Assembly (NCBI GenBank): GCA_951406725.2
Contig: OX597832.1
Coordinates: forward strand, 16,678,001-16,742,000
DNA: 64,000 bases
DNA from: Octopus vulgaris
Lineage: Eukaryota
Reading direction: 5' to 3'
A model generated the notes under the pieces. The model was not told the DNA's origin. It searched no databases and saw nothing but the letters and a program-made list of their open reading frames with translations. Below, piece after piece: positions 14,413 to 28,508 of this stretch. A program made the translations under genes and the position numbers. The stretch's first letter is position 1. Every line of letters begins with the position of its first letter.

Positions 14413-15409
14413 TTCTCACACATGACTGCGCGAGAGTAGAACAGAAACGAGCAGAGAAAGAAAATCAACAATGAAAACAAGTAAAAAACAACAACAACAA
14501 CCAGAACAACAACAAAAGCAACGATAAAAATATAATACAAAACTGTAAATAGACAAAATAAATTAGATCTTTACATAAATATTGATAAATCAACGGAAGG
14601 ACAGGTGAATTCGTCTAAATAATGTAGCAATAGTAACTACAGTGATTGCTTTATTTATGCGTTTATACACTGATATAAACATATACACACAGTATACACA
14701 TTTATATATAAGAATATAGATACTTATACAAATGTATAGTTGTTTCTTCACTTAATCTGTTGGTAGGTTTTTGGTTGTGTTTTTTGCAGTATGAAGGGAG
14801 AATTTAAAATGTTTTGAGAGTTCTAAGATGTACCTTCTTTTATTAATATCCAGCTGGATGGAATGGTTTGATGTTTTCTGAAGAAATGTAAGTCAAATCA
14901 TGTAGGTATACAAACGTAAATTCATGGAAACAGGGGGTTGTATCCCTCTGTCTTTCTTTCTGTTTATCTGTATATCGTACATCCTAGGTGCATATTAACG
15001 ATGTGTCATGTTGTCAAACGTAGAAACGCTGCGCAGTCCCTTACACGAATAGAGATACGTATATTTGTACATACGCAGAATCATATACATATTCATTAAA
15101 TCTTGATAAATATTTATTTACACATACATACACACACTCATACATACGACGCACTCATTCACACGCATGCATAGGGGGATAGATAAAGACATATGTAGAC
15201 ACAGACCCACGCAAATACTTATTTGTCACGTGTGTTTGTGTGTGTGTATGTATGTATGTATGTATGTATGTATATGCGTGTGTGTAGTGTTAGGTGTGCT
15301 GTACAGATATTGAATATTAAGAAAAAAGGTAGGAAACATTTTGGAAAATCTTTTTATTTATTCATTATTACTAGCACTTCCGTTCATTTCTACACACAGA
15401 CACATATAC

Positions 15410-15497
<88 letters not shown>

Positions 15498-15527
15498 GTA
15501 TGTATTTATACAGTATGTATTTATACA

Positions 15528-15585
<58 letters not shown>

Positions 15586-15595
15586 TACATACATA

Positions 15596-15690
15596 TATAG
15601 GCTAAAGTAACAGTGTTTGTGGTACTGGAATCAAGAAATGGTAAACAAGGAAGCGGAAATATATTTTATCGGCAGATTGCCAATGTCACA
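15596..15690 (+). repeat. Duplicated ~95-bp unique block, copy 2
   Basis: Core identical to 14353-14409 apart from one A indel. Confidence 0.9.
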
Positions 15691-15992
15691 ATGTCGTTTC
15701 TCGAACTTGTCAAATAGAATTTTTTGAATGTACAAAAAACGTGTTCATTGGTATAAAACAGTTTTGCTTTTGCGTGGGTGGTTATTTAGAACAGGAGAAC
15801 ATTGTTATTGCTTTTTGTTTTTTGTTTTTTGGGCTGGGTGGAAGTAAAGTTTCCATGAAAATGGAGATAGATAGAAACAGAGGAAGGTAGAGAGGTTGTT
15901 AGATAGAGGGAGAGAGAGGTGGGGGATCCACTTTTCTATTCACCATTCATTTACTAGAAATATATTAACAAGTGAAAACGATCCCTTGATGA

Positions 15993-16818
15993 TTGCTTCA
16001 TCTTCTATTTAACAATATACTGAGCACACTTCACCCATCCATCAAATTCACGACAGAACCCAGTTACAATGATTTGCCGTTCCTGGATATTCATAAAAAA
16101 AATACAGAACTCCACTTTCACAACAGATCTATTTTGCAGAATATCCGACACACAGCAATATTTAAATACCTTCTCTTGCCATCCATCACACATGAAAACG
16201 AACATGTCATACATCATGGCAAGATGCATCTGTACTATAGCGAGTGACCCCAAAGTATGTGAAATCCTACTCAACGAACTCAAAGGCTTCTTTACAATGC
16301 AGTAATACTCCTTTAGATTAATTAATGAGGGAATTAATAAAACAATGAAACTGAACATCACACAACTACGGACACCGAAGGAAAAAGTTAATGAAAAGAC
16401 TATTCCGTTCGTTAAATCACACAGTCCTGGAATAACCAACATCTTTCACGCTATAAAATCGAACTTACCTATACTCCTACAAAGCCCCACACGGAAAAAA
16501 GACGCTTACGGAATAGTAGACAACAACCAAAAAATGTTGAAAAACACCTCACAATCGGAGAATGGATTAGAATTCTTAGTAAAAGAATGGGGAGATAGAT
16601 GTGGATTATGCAACAGCAACAGCAACATCAAATACTTAGAAAGTGGTTCCTACTTAAAATCAAAGAGCAAGATTCCATTAAGTAAGCATCTGGAAGTATG
16701 CAGCGATGGAAAATTCAAAATTTTTCTCTTTCACAAATGTGCATTGGGCGATCTGCGATACTGAAAATCAATGGAAAAATACTTCATTTGAAAATGTACT
16801 CCAACATTAAATGTTTGA
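15993..16818 (+). mobile_element. Penelope-like retroelement remnant (RT C-terminus/thumb, linker, partial GIY-YIG C-terminus)
   Basis: ORF pieces join into the typical PLE pattern: LHPSIKFTTEPSYNDLPFLDI, TDLFCRISDTQQYLNTFSCHPSHMKTNMSYIMARCICTIAS, IPFVKSHSPG, CGLC, PLSKHLEVC and EKYFI*KCTPTLNV*. Frameshifted and internally deleted. Confidence 0.9.
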
Positions 16819-17272
16819 CAGAAAAGCGGTTACAGTGCATTTTGTATTCAAAAATATGACTAAAATATTGGAAACGTAATGCTCATCTCTGTAAATATTC
16901 AGAAATACATATCATCCAAAAAATCCTCTCTAAAATTGATTATTTGAAAGAAAAGAAGACACACTATATTTTGTATTGTAAACATAAGTCAGAGGAGAAA
17001 AAAAAAAGGAAGAGGAGAAAAAGAAGAAAAGAAAGACTATAGGAAAACGGGAAGAAAAGTAAAAAAAGTGGAAAGATTGGGAAAAGGAGAGAAAGAAAGC
17101 AAAACGACTTTCCGTGATGACCACACCACACGTTTATTTCTTTTTTTTCTTGAAGAGTTCACCATGCTTAAACCCATTTCAATACAATGGTAATTGACTA
17201 AATAAATAAATGAATTGTGAGTAGGAAGGGTGATCTCCATTCCCCTCCTTTTTCTCCTCCTCTCTCTCTACG

Positions 17273-17292
17273 TATCTATCTACCTATATGAG

Positions 17293-17358
<66 letters not shown>

Positions 17359-17394
17359 GCTATCAACCTATCTACCTTTCTTTCTATCTATCTA
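17273..17394. repeat. (TATC)n tetranucleotide repeat
   Basis: Directly visible. Confidence 0.95.
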
Positions 17395-17640
17395 TTGCCA
17401 TTGTCATGGAACTTCATATCCTCCCAAAAATAACAAAGAAAATGGTCTCCTTTTATAAACAAACAGCCGATAAAAATTTGTTTTATATAAATGAACAAGC
17501 TGTTTGTACATTCATAAAATTCTATTTGACAGATTCGAGAAAGGAACTTGCGCTAATGATAATGAATAAATAAAGAATCTTTCCAAAATTCTGGAGACGT
17601 TTTCCTCACTATATATCTATATATATATATATATATATAT

Positions 17641-17671
<31 letters not shown>

Positions 17672-17818
17672 TACATACCTATATACACATTTATATATGA
17701 ATATATATGAATCTGGTTGTATGTATATAATATATGTATGATATATACATATTATATGTTATATATATATATATATATATAAATATATATATACATATAT
17801 GTATATACGTACATATAC

Positions 17819-17868
<50 letters not shown>

Positions 17869-18819
17869 GTATGTATATATACGTATATATCTATATATGC
17901 AAACATACACAATACGTCTACATATAATGTGCATATGAAATGGTTGGAGTTGGATTCGATATGAATGTCGATAAGGTTCTGTAACTTATAACATTTCGTC
18001 AGCAATTATATTTTTTTGCGAAAATCACTATACGTTAATCATTTTGATAGACGAAAATTATTTCATAACACCTTCCATGCTATTAAGCATTCAAATCACA
18101 CTTTATTTCATCACTGCATTTTAGTAGTAAATGCGCCAAAAAAAAAAAATTAGTTCGATGATGAATTTTGTCATGAATCAAAATTGATATTTTTCATAAA
18201 CAATTTTTAAAAATAATTGTGATGTTATTTCTGTTCTAGTCTCAGCTTTACGGTTTCCAACTGCTAAATTGGCTTTGCAATTTATCTCCCATCCCAATCG
18301 TGAATTTGTTTTATATATATATACGGCAAACCCCAATATGTTCGTTGGGAAACACATGGCAACAACCTATATGTCATAAAAAATGTAAACATCTTCCGTA
18401 TACAAAGGCACTTATAAAACAACCTATGTATAATACCAACAATTTAGTGAATACGTATTATGTTTTCCCTCTCTCTCCTCTGCTAAAAGACAAAAATCCA
18501 TCAGATACGACCTGAACTATAGTCATACGTAAGATGTAGCTACAAAGATAAGAATGTATATTAATACATTATATCTGCACGGTAAATAACAAAAGTGAGT
18601 AATGTATATACCCCACACACTGTTCTTAGGAATAAATATATCTATGCTGAACAGACTATTTACCTTCCAGCTGGTACCAACTGTAACTCAAATGATATCT
18701 CCAAATGTAGTACAACTTTCATACTCCCAGCTATATCCTTTATAAATAAATTCAACTGTCTTTGAGAGTATAGTGATAAAGCATGCTATCGAAATTTCTG
18801 TAATAATAACTCTGGAAAT

Positions 18820-19010
18820 AATGGTTTTAAATTTCGGCACAAGGCCAACGGCATCGGAGAAGGAGCAAAGCCGATTACATCGACCTCCTTGCTAAGCCGC
18901 TATTTCTTTTATCAAATCCGAAAGGACGAAAGTTAAGTTGACCTTAGGGAAATTTGAACTGAGGATATAGAGATAGATGAAATAATGTTAAGCATTTTCT
19001 GAGGCGTGCA
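18820..19010 (-). mobile_element. Degenerate SINE family 2
   Basis: Reverse-complement remnants gattacatcgacc, ccgaaaggacgaaag, aatttgaact and taagcatttt, collinear with family 2. Confidence 0.7.
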
Positions 19011-19809
19011 CCTCGACGCTCGAGAGGTAAAAGATATTGCAAGGGATTTCTCCATACGTCTTATGGTATTGCCTCTTCCGGATTTTGGATAAAATATTTT
19101 CAGGCATATTCACAATGCCCGGAATTCGTGAGATTCTTGTAGTCGATATCATCAATTCTTTAACTTAGCTGATTGGTTAATGTTTTACTGTAAAATGCTG
19201 TAGTATGATAAACATGATTCGCTGGATGTGGAACAAGAACGGTTCAAAACAGAAGAATTATCGCAAAACATTTTCTTTCGGTGTCCTACCGTTAATAGTC
19301 CAAATTTGATACGTTAGATGAATCACGTGGGTCGATTTCATCGACTCTAATCCTTCATAGAAATACTATTTTCCCGACACCGAATGCATTTACCTTCGCA
19401 TGTATAGAACGTAGAAACACACAAAGCTGGAAGGAAATCCGTGACTCATGTTTTTTGAATCAACGTATATTCTTCCAGTACGAGACCCTTTCAAATAAAC
19501 ATCAATTGTAAACACGCTCTTGCACATACACTCACACGCATACAAATCCTTCCACACATACACGTCTGATGGCACGCATACACCTACACGTTCACGGTAT
19601 ACGCTCTCAAACACAAACATACATATTAATGATACAGAAAAAATTATATTCGTTTTTGTGACAATGTCTTAAAATGTATTTCATATAATGACCAATATTA
19701 GAATATCCTGAATATATTGCTGATAATTCATATTTACATTGCTTTCAATGTGTGTGTATGTGTGCACGTGTGTTTATTCGTACACACATGTATACGTATA
19801 TATATGTAC

Positions 19810-19877
<68 letters not shown>

Positions 19878-19884
19878 AGACACA

Positions 19885-19961
<77 letters not shown>

Positions 19962-20575
19962 TCGGACATGCATACATATGTATGTATGTAAGATCACTTT
20001 TGTGTATTAGAGTATGTTTGGGGTGTGACTGCGTTCGGAATATATGCGTAGTCAGAAGTGAAAAACGTGCAATGTAAGAGGCTAAATCATGGATTAGAAA
20101 TAAGTAAGTTAACAGGAAATGATCATACCAATTGATTCCTTTTATTTATATGTTTTCTTCTTTTTTTGCCAATTTTACCTTTTTTTTTCCTGAAAGCTTA
20201 CGTCAGTATAAATAATATATAGCCTTCAACAAAATACTTATTCAAATAAGGGAAAGAATTTTTCATGGGTTTCGCGTTTTTTTATTAGTTATAAAATACA
20301 GTAATGTTTCCACGAACAAAGGAAAAATATTTAAGCTGCTTTCATTATTGATGTGTTCCTTTATGCCTGACAATTTAAATAGGCAGTGAAACCCATTTTA
20401 TATTATCACAAACTTCTACTATATCAATTTCAATATGCCAATACTCCCAGCATTTGATTTATGATTCACAGCACTTTACTATATAAAATTGCAGCTTTAT
20501 TTTATAAAAAGATTTTTAAAGATTTTTTTTCATATCCCAATATTATAACCTAAATTTTATTTTAAGGGAAGAAAC

Positions 20576-20794
20576 ATTATTATTAATAGTATTATTTTTA
20601 TCATCATGATCATCATCATTATCATCATCAACATCATCATGATCATGATCATCAACATCATCATCATCATCATTATCATCATCACATTCGTCATCATCAT
20701 TACTGTTATAAAAGAGATTATTATTATTATTATTATTATTGCTATTATTATTATGGTTGCTGTTGTCGTTATTGTTGTTGTTATTACTATTCAT
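20576..20794. repeat. (CAT)n/(TAT)n/(TGT)n compound repeat
   Basis: Directly visible. Confidence 0.92.
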
Positions 20795-20887
20795 TTCAGT
20801 GAAATAAATAAAAGAAGAGAAGAATTATGAATATGAGAATATCTGGAAAAAATATCTTTAAAAATACGACAGAAAATAACATCGCAA

Positions 20888-20947
<60 letters not shown>

Positions 20948-21303
20948 CATATATGAAAAGCATTTAGAAAAACTAGATTTAATGAATGAGCTATAAACTA
21001 AAATTTAAGGGCTTTTGTTGAGGAACGTGGGCAATTTCGAATATCGAATTATTGTTAAAAAGAAATATATAAAGCTTGTAATGCAGAACAGAATTTTTAT
21101 TGAACCAATATATTTTTCTAGGTTTCTTTCAGCTTCAGCGCAATACACATTCTATTCTTTACTCTGAGTATGAACAGGAGTGAACACTTATTTATTCATA
21201 TGCATACACAGATAAACATATAGGTATAAATACACACACTCACGTATATATATATACATATACGTATATATATTCACTCACACAAAAACACACATACATA
21301 CAC

Positions 21304-21355
<52 letters not shown>

Positions 21356-21391
21356 CACACACAGAAGTTCAGAAATAGATAAAAAGTCAGT

Positions 21392-21467
<76 letters not shown>

Positions 21468-21477
21468 CAGATAGATA
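21392..21477. repeat. (GATA)n repeat
   Basis: Directly visible. Confidence 0.95.
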
Positions 21478-21903
21478 AATTTTACATTAGTCTAACATTT
21501 ACTTTTCAAAGTCCCTAAACTGTAAAAAGGCCCGTGCAATGCTTTGAAGAATTGAAGTCGAAAAATCGGCCCCAACATTATCGAAGCCCACACACTCGGA
21601 ATGCCAGTCATTTTAGCCGAATCACCAAAGTAGGGGAAGAACACGCACCAAACACGGATCTTGACAAACTGTGATGGGGGACAGGCACAAACTCATTGAC
21701 ACCCACGCACAAACACGCTCATACAGACACATACACATGTATATAGGTTATCTATATGTAGTTATTTGCAAATATAAATATATATATATTATATCAATAT
21801 ATATATATATATTATATTTTGTGAAATTTGATTTAGTATTTCTAAACTGAATTTTTCCTTGTAAGTTTGGAATAATATTCTCTCATATCATTATATACAT
21901 ATA

Positions 21904-22695
21904 TGAAAGAGGACAGCAAACGCCGATGCATAATAAGAATCTAAAGTCATGTACTTTATTGTTTATTATTCTTACATAAGTTGAGGTCTTACAGCTGTTT
22001 CTGGGATATCCCAAGTGATAGGTGAGTGTGCTTGAATATGTGGTATTCCGTCAGCAGAGACAAGTTGATACATATGAACCATTCAGGAATGGAATATTTG
22101 AGATAAATGATTAGACATCGAAAATTCACAGATAATATGCAATGTAATTGAAGAGTAGAGCGTAAGGAAATAAGGAAATAATATTCACAGTTCATTTTTC
22201 AGGGGGTATGTATATTAGTCAGAACATCTTTAGGTAAACTCCAAGGTAAATCCAGGCAGTATTACGGCGAAGTGTGAGCATAAATATCTAGGCAATATTT
22301 TGATAAAAATGTATAAAGTAAGCGTTATGTGTGAGGGATAAGTTTACACTTCGACTTAAGCAGAACTTTAAATGTGAGAGAAAATGTGTTTACAAATTGT
22401 GAATGATTCCTTTTGTTTATTGTGTAATTGAGGTGAGTTATGAGTTAATATATGGAGGGACTCCACATGTGAAGTGCTGGCCCTGATATGGGATGTCAGA
22501 ATCTATGCTGTATTTTCCTATTAATTAGATGGTATATGTGGCTGGCTAGGGATGTGGAATTGCTATGCTCTCTATTTTTAAATGAGTTTAAATGTGCATA
22601 ATAGCTTTGCTTAAAGTTAATGGTATAGCCGCTATAGTGGTGAGAGGAATTATTTAATAAGTGCAATCCGTCGGCGTTTTTTCTCCTCTTTTACA
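21904..22695 (-). mobile_element. Probable PLE pLTR/3' remnant with short terminal inversion
   Basis: Imperfect ~28-bp inverted ends (21904-21931 and 22666-22695), a decayed type-I hammerhead, and a downstream AATAAA on the minus strand. No clear ORF. Confidence 0.6.
21986..22061 (-). ncRNA. Decayed minimal type-I hammerhead ribozyme motif
   Basis: Minus strand reads GTCT-CTGcTGA-(cggaata...tatccca)-GAAA-CAGCTG-TA-AGAC: stem I GTCT/AGAC, palindromic minimal stem III, GUA triplet. One core substitution (CUGA to CUGC), so probably inactive. Confidence 0.65.
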
Positions 22696-22836
22696 AATAT
22701 ACATCCGCTAAACCGGAAACCTAAAATGGATATGATCCATAGATCCTGTCTCAGGTACGAGCTTGGAGCCCTCATAATCCGTTATAGCGCTTAACTAGCC
22801 TACCGATTCATTTAAATCAGCAGTGAATTAATCCGC

Positions 22837-22935
<99 letters not shown>

Positions 22936-23611
22936 CATACATACATACAAACATACGTACATACGTACATACATACATACATACATACATACATACATAC
23001 ATACATACATGCAAAACATACATGCATACAATGGCTTACTTTCACTTACTGGCTACGAAATCCAGTCACCGGGGCACGGTCGACCCAAGACCGTAGCAGA
23101 GAGCACATGTCCAGTTTCCGGTGAATAGAACTGCATACGGAACCATGTGGCTTGCAAGTAAGCTTCTTCCCACGCACACACTTCTATGCATATCGATAGA
23201 TAGGTAGATAGATAGATAGATACAGAGAAAGAGAGAGAGAGAAATTGAGACAGATATAGATATATAAATGTGTATAGATACGAACGTATTTAGTTACATA
23301 TATATTTGTCTATATTCTTTTATTCCTTCATATGCTTCAGCATATGGAGATGGGTATGACATTCGTTCTCCCATACATTGTATGTACATTCTCCTCAGCA
23401 AATGCGTATGCATAGAGCTGTGTATGCATGTGTGTGCAATACATAAACATAAACACATAAACATATATATTGAATTGAAAACAAGTGACAAGCATCTAGC
23501 TTCTAATAGTATAGATTTGTCTCATTGGTACACCTATAAGTATTGAATTTTGTTTCCAATATAATCCGATATATTATAGTAATTAAGAAATTCAGAAAAG
23601 TGATCTTCTCT

Positions 23612-24031
<420 letters not shown>

Positions 24032-24213
24032 AACTTAGAATAACTTAGAAAGGTTTTGGCCAGTAGTGGCCCAGGCCATGTCTAACTTAATAGCACTACC
24101 TGGTGAAGTCTTTCAGTTCAGGATTTGGGCATCAAGGCCCATTCGAGCAGAGAGTTATTGTTTGCGGAGACATATCCGGGTGTGGGTGGTTTGTCCGGTA
24201 CTGTTTGAAGGAA

Positions 24214-24269
<56 letters not shown>

Positions 24270-24343
24270 TGTATATACATATATATTAGAGAGAGAGAGA
24301 TGGAGACAAAGAAAGAGTGGTTCGTACATATATATGTATATAC

Positions 24344-24377
<34 letters not shown>

Positions 24378-24750
24378 GTGTGTGTGTGTGTTTTTTTTTG
24401 TGTGAGTGTGTGTATGTATGTATATGTATGCACATATAAAATTATAAACAGAGAAATAAAATATACTATGATAACATTTAATTTATCATTGGATATTCAT
24501 ATTTAACAAGAATTGTTTCTCATGTAATTATGAATATATTTATGTAGAGTTATATACATAGTCACACACACTCCCGAATATATATTAGTTCATGTATACA
24601 TATATTTGGTCATTCGTGTGGCGCCATACAATATTTACAGATGGTAATATTGTTAATGTTTTTTATGTTTGTTAAAATTTACAAATAGTATTTGTCGCTA
24701 CATTATGTGTAAGTATGGATGTATGGATGCCTTTATGAATGTATATATAG

Positions 24751-25026
<276 letters not shown>

Positions 25027-25989
25027 TTCAATATTCAGTTTTATTTCAAGATTTCATACCAGTAAAGAAAGAACCGGTTTCTAAACTAGATGTGAGTCAC
25101 TTTCATTGGAATTTCAACAACACCAATACGCTATATTTTTATGCATGTATATGCACTATTTGTATATTTTGTTTTATGTATGAATTCTCATACATATAGT
25201 TGCATGTCTAGACATGCTCATATATACTTAAATGATAAACTTCTAGAAATTTTATACATATTTACTGTTCCAGTTCTGACTTGTATCTGTAGTCGTCGAA
25301 ACAGATTTCTACATTCCACCAGCACTTTTTTATTACTTCTGGCTATGGCTTCTACCATTCTTATTTTTTTCTGTGTCGGGTCTATCTTTCCAACGGATTT
25401 TATCATACTGTGTCTTAGCTGCAGTATCATGCATGTGTGCAAGCATGCCTGCATGTATGTATTTATATACGTACCTACGTAAGTATGTATACATTTCTGT
25501 ACGTAGGTATGCATGTATGTGTATGTCAGTGTGTAGATACATGCATATAGATGTATAAGCAAAGAACTGGTAATTAATGATAGCCTCCATTAAGGATATT
25601 CTACATATCAATTTATATTCTTATTCCTCTCTCCCCAATGAGGGCATACTTAGGTTACAGGGAATTCTTTATTCAATAACATATTTGATAAATGCCTAGA
25701 TAATTTCAATTGACTGCCCAGTTGTGTGTAACATGAATAAGTTATATGTGATATCTATTCGAGCAGCTGGAAGAAACTGTACTCACTTTTAAATATTTTG
25801 TACTAGCGCTTATATAATAAATTAAAATGTTCTAGAATTTATAACATATTTTGCTTCTTCGTTATATGTTTCTACTTCAACATATACGAATGTGTGTGTG
25901 TGTATGTTTGTGTGCGCGTGTGTGTTCGTATGCGTGTATGTATATAGTCATACATACAGCTAGAAACATTGTGAAGGAAGTATGATTAA

Positions 25990-26210
25990 CCCATTAGTGT
26001 TTAAACTGGCCATATCTGGCCCATATATTCTACATTGTTTTATATTCAAACTGGTGATATCTAGCCTCTCACACCTAACCTACATTGACATTCTAAAAAT
26101 AAACAATCACGACATTGAAACCTCAAAGCTATAAGATAATGCATGATTAATTAAAAACAATTTGAGTTAAAATGTGTTACATTTAACAGAGTAATCTGAA
26201 CACTAAAGGG
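25990..26210. mobile_element. piggyBac-type MITE (221 bp)
   Basis: TTAA|CCCATTAGTGTTTA...TGAACACTAAAGGG|TTAA: TTAA TSD on both sides, CCC...GGG termini, TIR match 12/14. Confidence 0.85.
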
Positions 26211-27591
26211 TTAACGGAATGAAAACTGGCATATTTAATTTAATTTCCTTTTTATTCCTCAACTTTTTAATATCACATATAACTTATTCATGTTATATAC
26301 AATTGGGCAGTCATTTGAAATTATCTGGGCATTTATCAAATATTGGCATCACGGGTCTGATTCACAGAGAAACAAGTATTTTATATCGGCTGCTGCTGCT
26401 TAGGAATAGTTCGTTATGCGTTGCAATTCACGTGCACATCGGATCGTATGTACTAATTTTTATTACAGAAATTTTAGCGACGATTTTTATCAATATATAA
26501 AGTTTACTGTTTCTTCTTTTTTATGTTGTTGATTTTTTTAATAACTGTCTTCTAATATGTCGACATGTTTAATTCTGCTCGTGATACACATGTTCCTCTC
26601 AAAACTTGTACAAATTTCATCTGGCCATACTTATTACATTCCGTTCTGTTAGAATACAACTTCCAAATATATCCCTTGCTGCTTGCATTGCATCCGGTTC
26701 CAGTGTTTTGCTAGGAAATATATTAAGATATATATTCCGTGTAGAACACACGTATTTGACACAGAAAATAACTTTCTGCGCATTCGGAGATTATCCAATG
26801 GTAGCTAAAATTATGAATAGGAATTTTCCGTTAAAATTTACATCATTGCTTCTAACTCTTCCCTAACCAACATTGGGATGTGCGTGACTCTTTCGATTCT
26901 ATGTCCAACACGACACGATTCGATCAATTTATAAACACCTTAAATACAGTTATACCATTTTTATTTTCGTTCAAATAATAGCATCAGAATTGTTAATTTT
27001 AATTCAGAATTTTTATCATTAAAGCGTTGAAGGGGGCTGATACAGTCATCAAAGAAATGTATGATTTATCACATTGGCAAAAACATATTGCTTGCTGCGG
27101 TAATAATTTTAGTTCGTTCAATATGTTTCAACATATATCAACAATATTTAAACTCTCTGAAGTAAATTCGCGTAACAAAACAACACAAGAAACTTGTTCG
27201 TTCGACGCTATATCAATATTCGATCTCCAAAGAATTCTTATATTGGAATAAGTTCAAACGTCTGTATTGGAGTGGAATGTTTGGAGGAATCAATCTCAAT
27301 ACATGATGTGATTTATTTTATCGACCGCCGATACACTGAACGACTGTCAAAATAGACCCAGTCAGCACGCTTTCAGTCAAAAAATGTAGTAGGACCTTCT
27401 TGAATACTGATTTTTTAAAATATTTTCTGTTATTTTAGGTCACTGGGATAGTAGACGCGTTAGATTGTCGGTAAACTGTTTTGTGTTCATTTTCCGACGT
27501 ATTAGTCCTCAGTTCAATTCCGCTCTAGGTCAAATTAGCTTCTCAACTCTCTAGGCGCGAAGAAGCAAAGCACCAATCATGTACTGGACTC

Positions 27592-27779
27592 GGTATTACC
27601 GGCACTACATTCTGAGTTCAAATTCTGCCGAGGTCGACTTTGCCTTTCATCCCTTCGGGGTAGATTAAATAAGTACCAGTTACGCACAGGGGTCGATATA
27701 ATCGACTTAATCCGTTTGTCTGTCCTCGTTTGTCCCCCCTGTGTTTAACCCGTCGTGGGTAGTAAAGAAATAAGTATTA
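27592..27779 (+). mobile_element. Headless SINE family 2 unit nested in an older family-2 copy (~27440-27840)
   Basis: Well-conserved core and tail (ttctgagttcaaattctgccgaggtcgac...gtagtaaagaaata) bounded by ggtatta/agtatta. The flanks are a degenerate copy of the same family. Confidence 0.8.
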
Positions 27780-27979
27780 ACGGATAATCCCACACATAAT
27801 ATTTCTAGCCGTGTATCTTAATTAGAAAGCATTATTTTCTGTTATCTTTTTGACCGCAAACACAGACCCGTGGTTATGCGGGTGTTTAACTTACATGAAT
27901 TTTCCTACGTAACTTCAAACTAGTACACTTTTAGCCCAATACTGGTTCCCATTCTGTCTCTTCCTCACTAAAGTTTTAT

Positions 27980-28026
<47 letters not shown>

Positions 28027-28063
28027 TTCTCTCTCTCTCTTTCTCAACATATATAAATATATA

Positions 28064-28233
28064 GGCATAGGTTTGGCTGTGTGGTAAGTAGCTTGCTTAC
28101 CAACCACACGGTTCTGTGTTCCGTCCCACTGCGTGGCACCTTGGGCAATTGTCTTCTAGGATGGCCTACGGCCGACCAAAGCGTTGATTTGATAGACGGA
28201 AACTGAAACGAGCCCGTCATATATATGTATATA

Positions 28234-28294
<61 letters not shown>

Positions 28295-28508
28295 ATATGT
28301 TTGTGTCAGTGGTTGTCCCCCCCAACATCGCTCGACAACCGATGGTGGTGTGTTTACGTCCCCGTAACATAGCAGTTCGGCAAAAGAAACCGATAGAATA
28401 AGTAGTAGGCTTCTAAAGAATAAATCCTGGGGTCGATTTGCTCGATTAAAGGCGGTGCTCTAGCATGGCCACAGTCAAATGACTGAAAGGAGAAAAAGAG
28501 TAAAGAAG
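28064..28508 (+). mobile_element. SINE family 1
   Basis: Head tggctgtgtggtaagtagcttgcttaccaacc, internal (TA)n(TG)n, tail cagtcaaatgactgaaa. Confidence 0.9.

Noticed and set aside
18755-18800. Further hammerhead-like strings here and at ~52420-52455 and ~52910-52945
   Set aside because: The CUGANGA core and stem I cannot be reconstructed without several assumed mutations.
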